A stretch of DNA of 32,000 bases from Pyrolobus fumarii 1A. GTDB taxonomy: Archaea > Thermoproteota > Thermoprotei_A > Sulfolobales > Pyrodictiaceae. A program made the translations under genes and the position numbers. Every line of letters starts with the position of its first letter. Position 1 is the first letter of the stretch. The notes beneath the pieces are model-generated. The model was not told the DNA's origin. It did not search any database and saw only the letters and a program-made list of their open reading frames with translations. Location: NCBI RefSeq assembly GCF_000223395.1, contig NC_015931.1, forward strand, positions 1,260,001 to 1,292,000. The letters are read 5' to 3'. Shown here piece after piece: positions 31,576 through 32,000 of this stretch.

Positions 31576-32000
31576 AGCTCCGGGTAGCAGCTAGGGGCAG
31601 CAAGCTGAGCCTTATACAAGTGAAGCTCGCGATGGACTGGTTTAGGAGGAGCATACCCGACTTGGACTACGAGGTCGTTATTGTAAAGACGCGCGGAGAC
31701 ATACACCAGGACAAACCATTCCACATGATTGGCGGGAAGGGCGTTTTCGAGAAGGAGGTTAACCTCGCCGTTCTTGACGGTAGGGCGGACGTAGCCGTCC
31801 ATAGCCTCAAGGACGTGCCCAGCATGGTAGACCCGCGCCTTGTACTGGCAGGCGTACCACCCCGCGATCCTCCATATGACGTCCTCGTCGTGAGAGACGG
31901 GTACGAACCTAACCTGGAAGCGCTACCCAAAGGCGCTGTTGTGGGTACGGCGAGTGCACGTAGAAGAGCAGCTATCCTCCACGTGAGACCAGATCTTCGC
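31572..32000 (+). CDS. hemC: Porphobilinogen deaminase (hydroxymethylbilane synthase); the 3' end is beyond the window
   Basis: Absent from the ORF track because it is truncated. My hand translation from GTG 31572, which overlaps the hemL stop as GTGA, is open to 32000. It reads VKLRVAARGSKLSLIQV..GGKGVFEKEV..ADVAVHSLKDVP..GTASARRRAA, all HemC signatures. Confidence 0.9.
   Translation, partial: MKLRVAARGSKLSLIQVKLAMDWFRRSIPDLDYEVVIVKTRGDIHQDKPFHMIGGKGVFEKEVNLAVLDGRADVAVHSLKDVPSMVDPRLVLAGVPPRDPPYDVLVVRDGYEPNLEALPKGAVVGTASARRRAAILHVRPDLR

Noticed and set aside
1-32000. CRISPR arrays, toxin-antitoxin or other defence loci, inteins, and programmed frameshifts
   Set aside because: I found no regularly spaced 24-40-nt repeats and no cas-like, nuclease/ATPase defence-like or integrase ORFs. 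All large genes have uninterrupted family-typical lengths.

Overview
This is a densely coding chromosomal window from a hyperthermophile-type crenarchaeon. That assignment is an inference from archaeal-only families (A-type ATPase B, Nre, NMD3, archaeal CobT, Ahb heme genes), roughly 55-60% GC, and very frequent TTG/GTG starts. There is no CRISPR array, transposase, integrase or obvious defence island.

Recognisable content:
- Cobamide salvage: cobT and cbiB.
- tRNA-Leu(UAA).
- Two sub-clusters of the siroheme-dependent (Ahb) heme pathway. The first holds fused ahbA/B, one radical-SAM/SPASM gene, hemA and sirC. The second holds a CbiX-like ORF, a V4R-like ORF, hemB, hemL and hemC.
- Purine genes: purE, purM, purC and purS.
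- Single housekeeping genes: argS, thiolase, an isolated atpB, panE, speH, an NMD3 homolog, a thioredoxin-like protein and an Nre-family protein with a C-terminal PIP box.
- A processive-type GT2 glycosyltransferase and a block of membrane proteins (MgtE-like, MgtC/DUF4010, MFS).

The features an ORF track cannot explain are small. At least five to seven intergenic C/D-box-like sRNA candidates have near-exact 12-nt box spacing. Three lie in a 480-bp ORF-free region. Several use a GUGAGGA/CCGA box variant that would replace the canonical k-turn U.U pair with G-C.

Other points worth a second look:
- The first zinc knuckle of NMD3 lies upstream of any canonical start codon.
- A ThrC-derived protein has lost its PLP motifs and sits where purQ/purL would be expected.
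- A divergent two-lobed CbiX-like ORF and a leaderless V4R-like gene lie behind an AT-rich region with a palindrome.
- atpB is tightly flanked by two uncharacterised ORFs.

All calls come from reading the sequence by eye. No database search was run.
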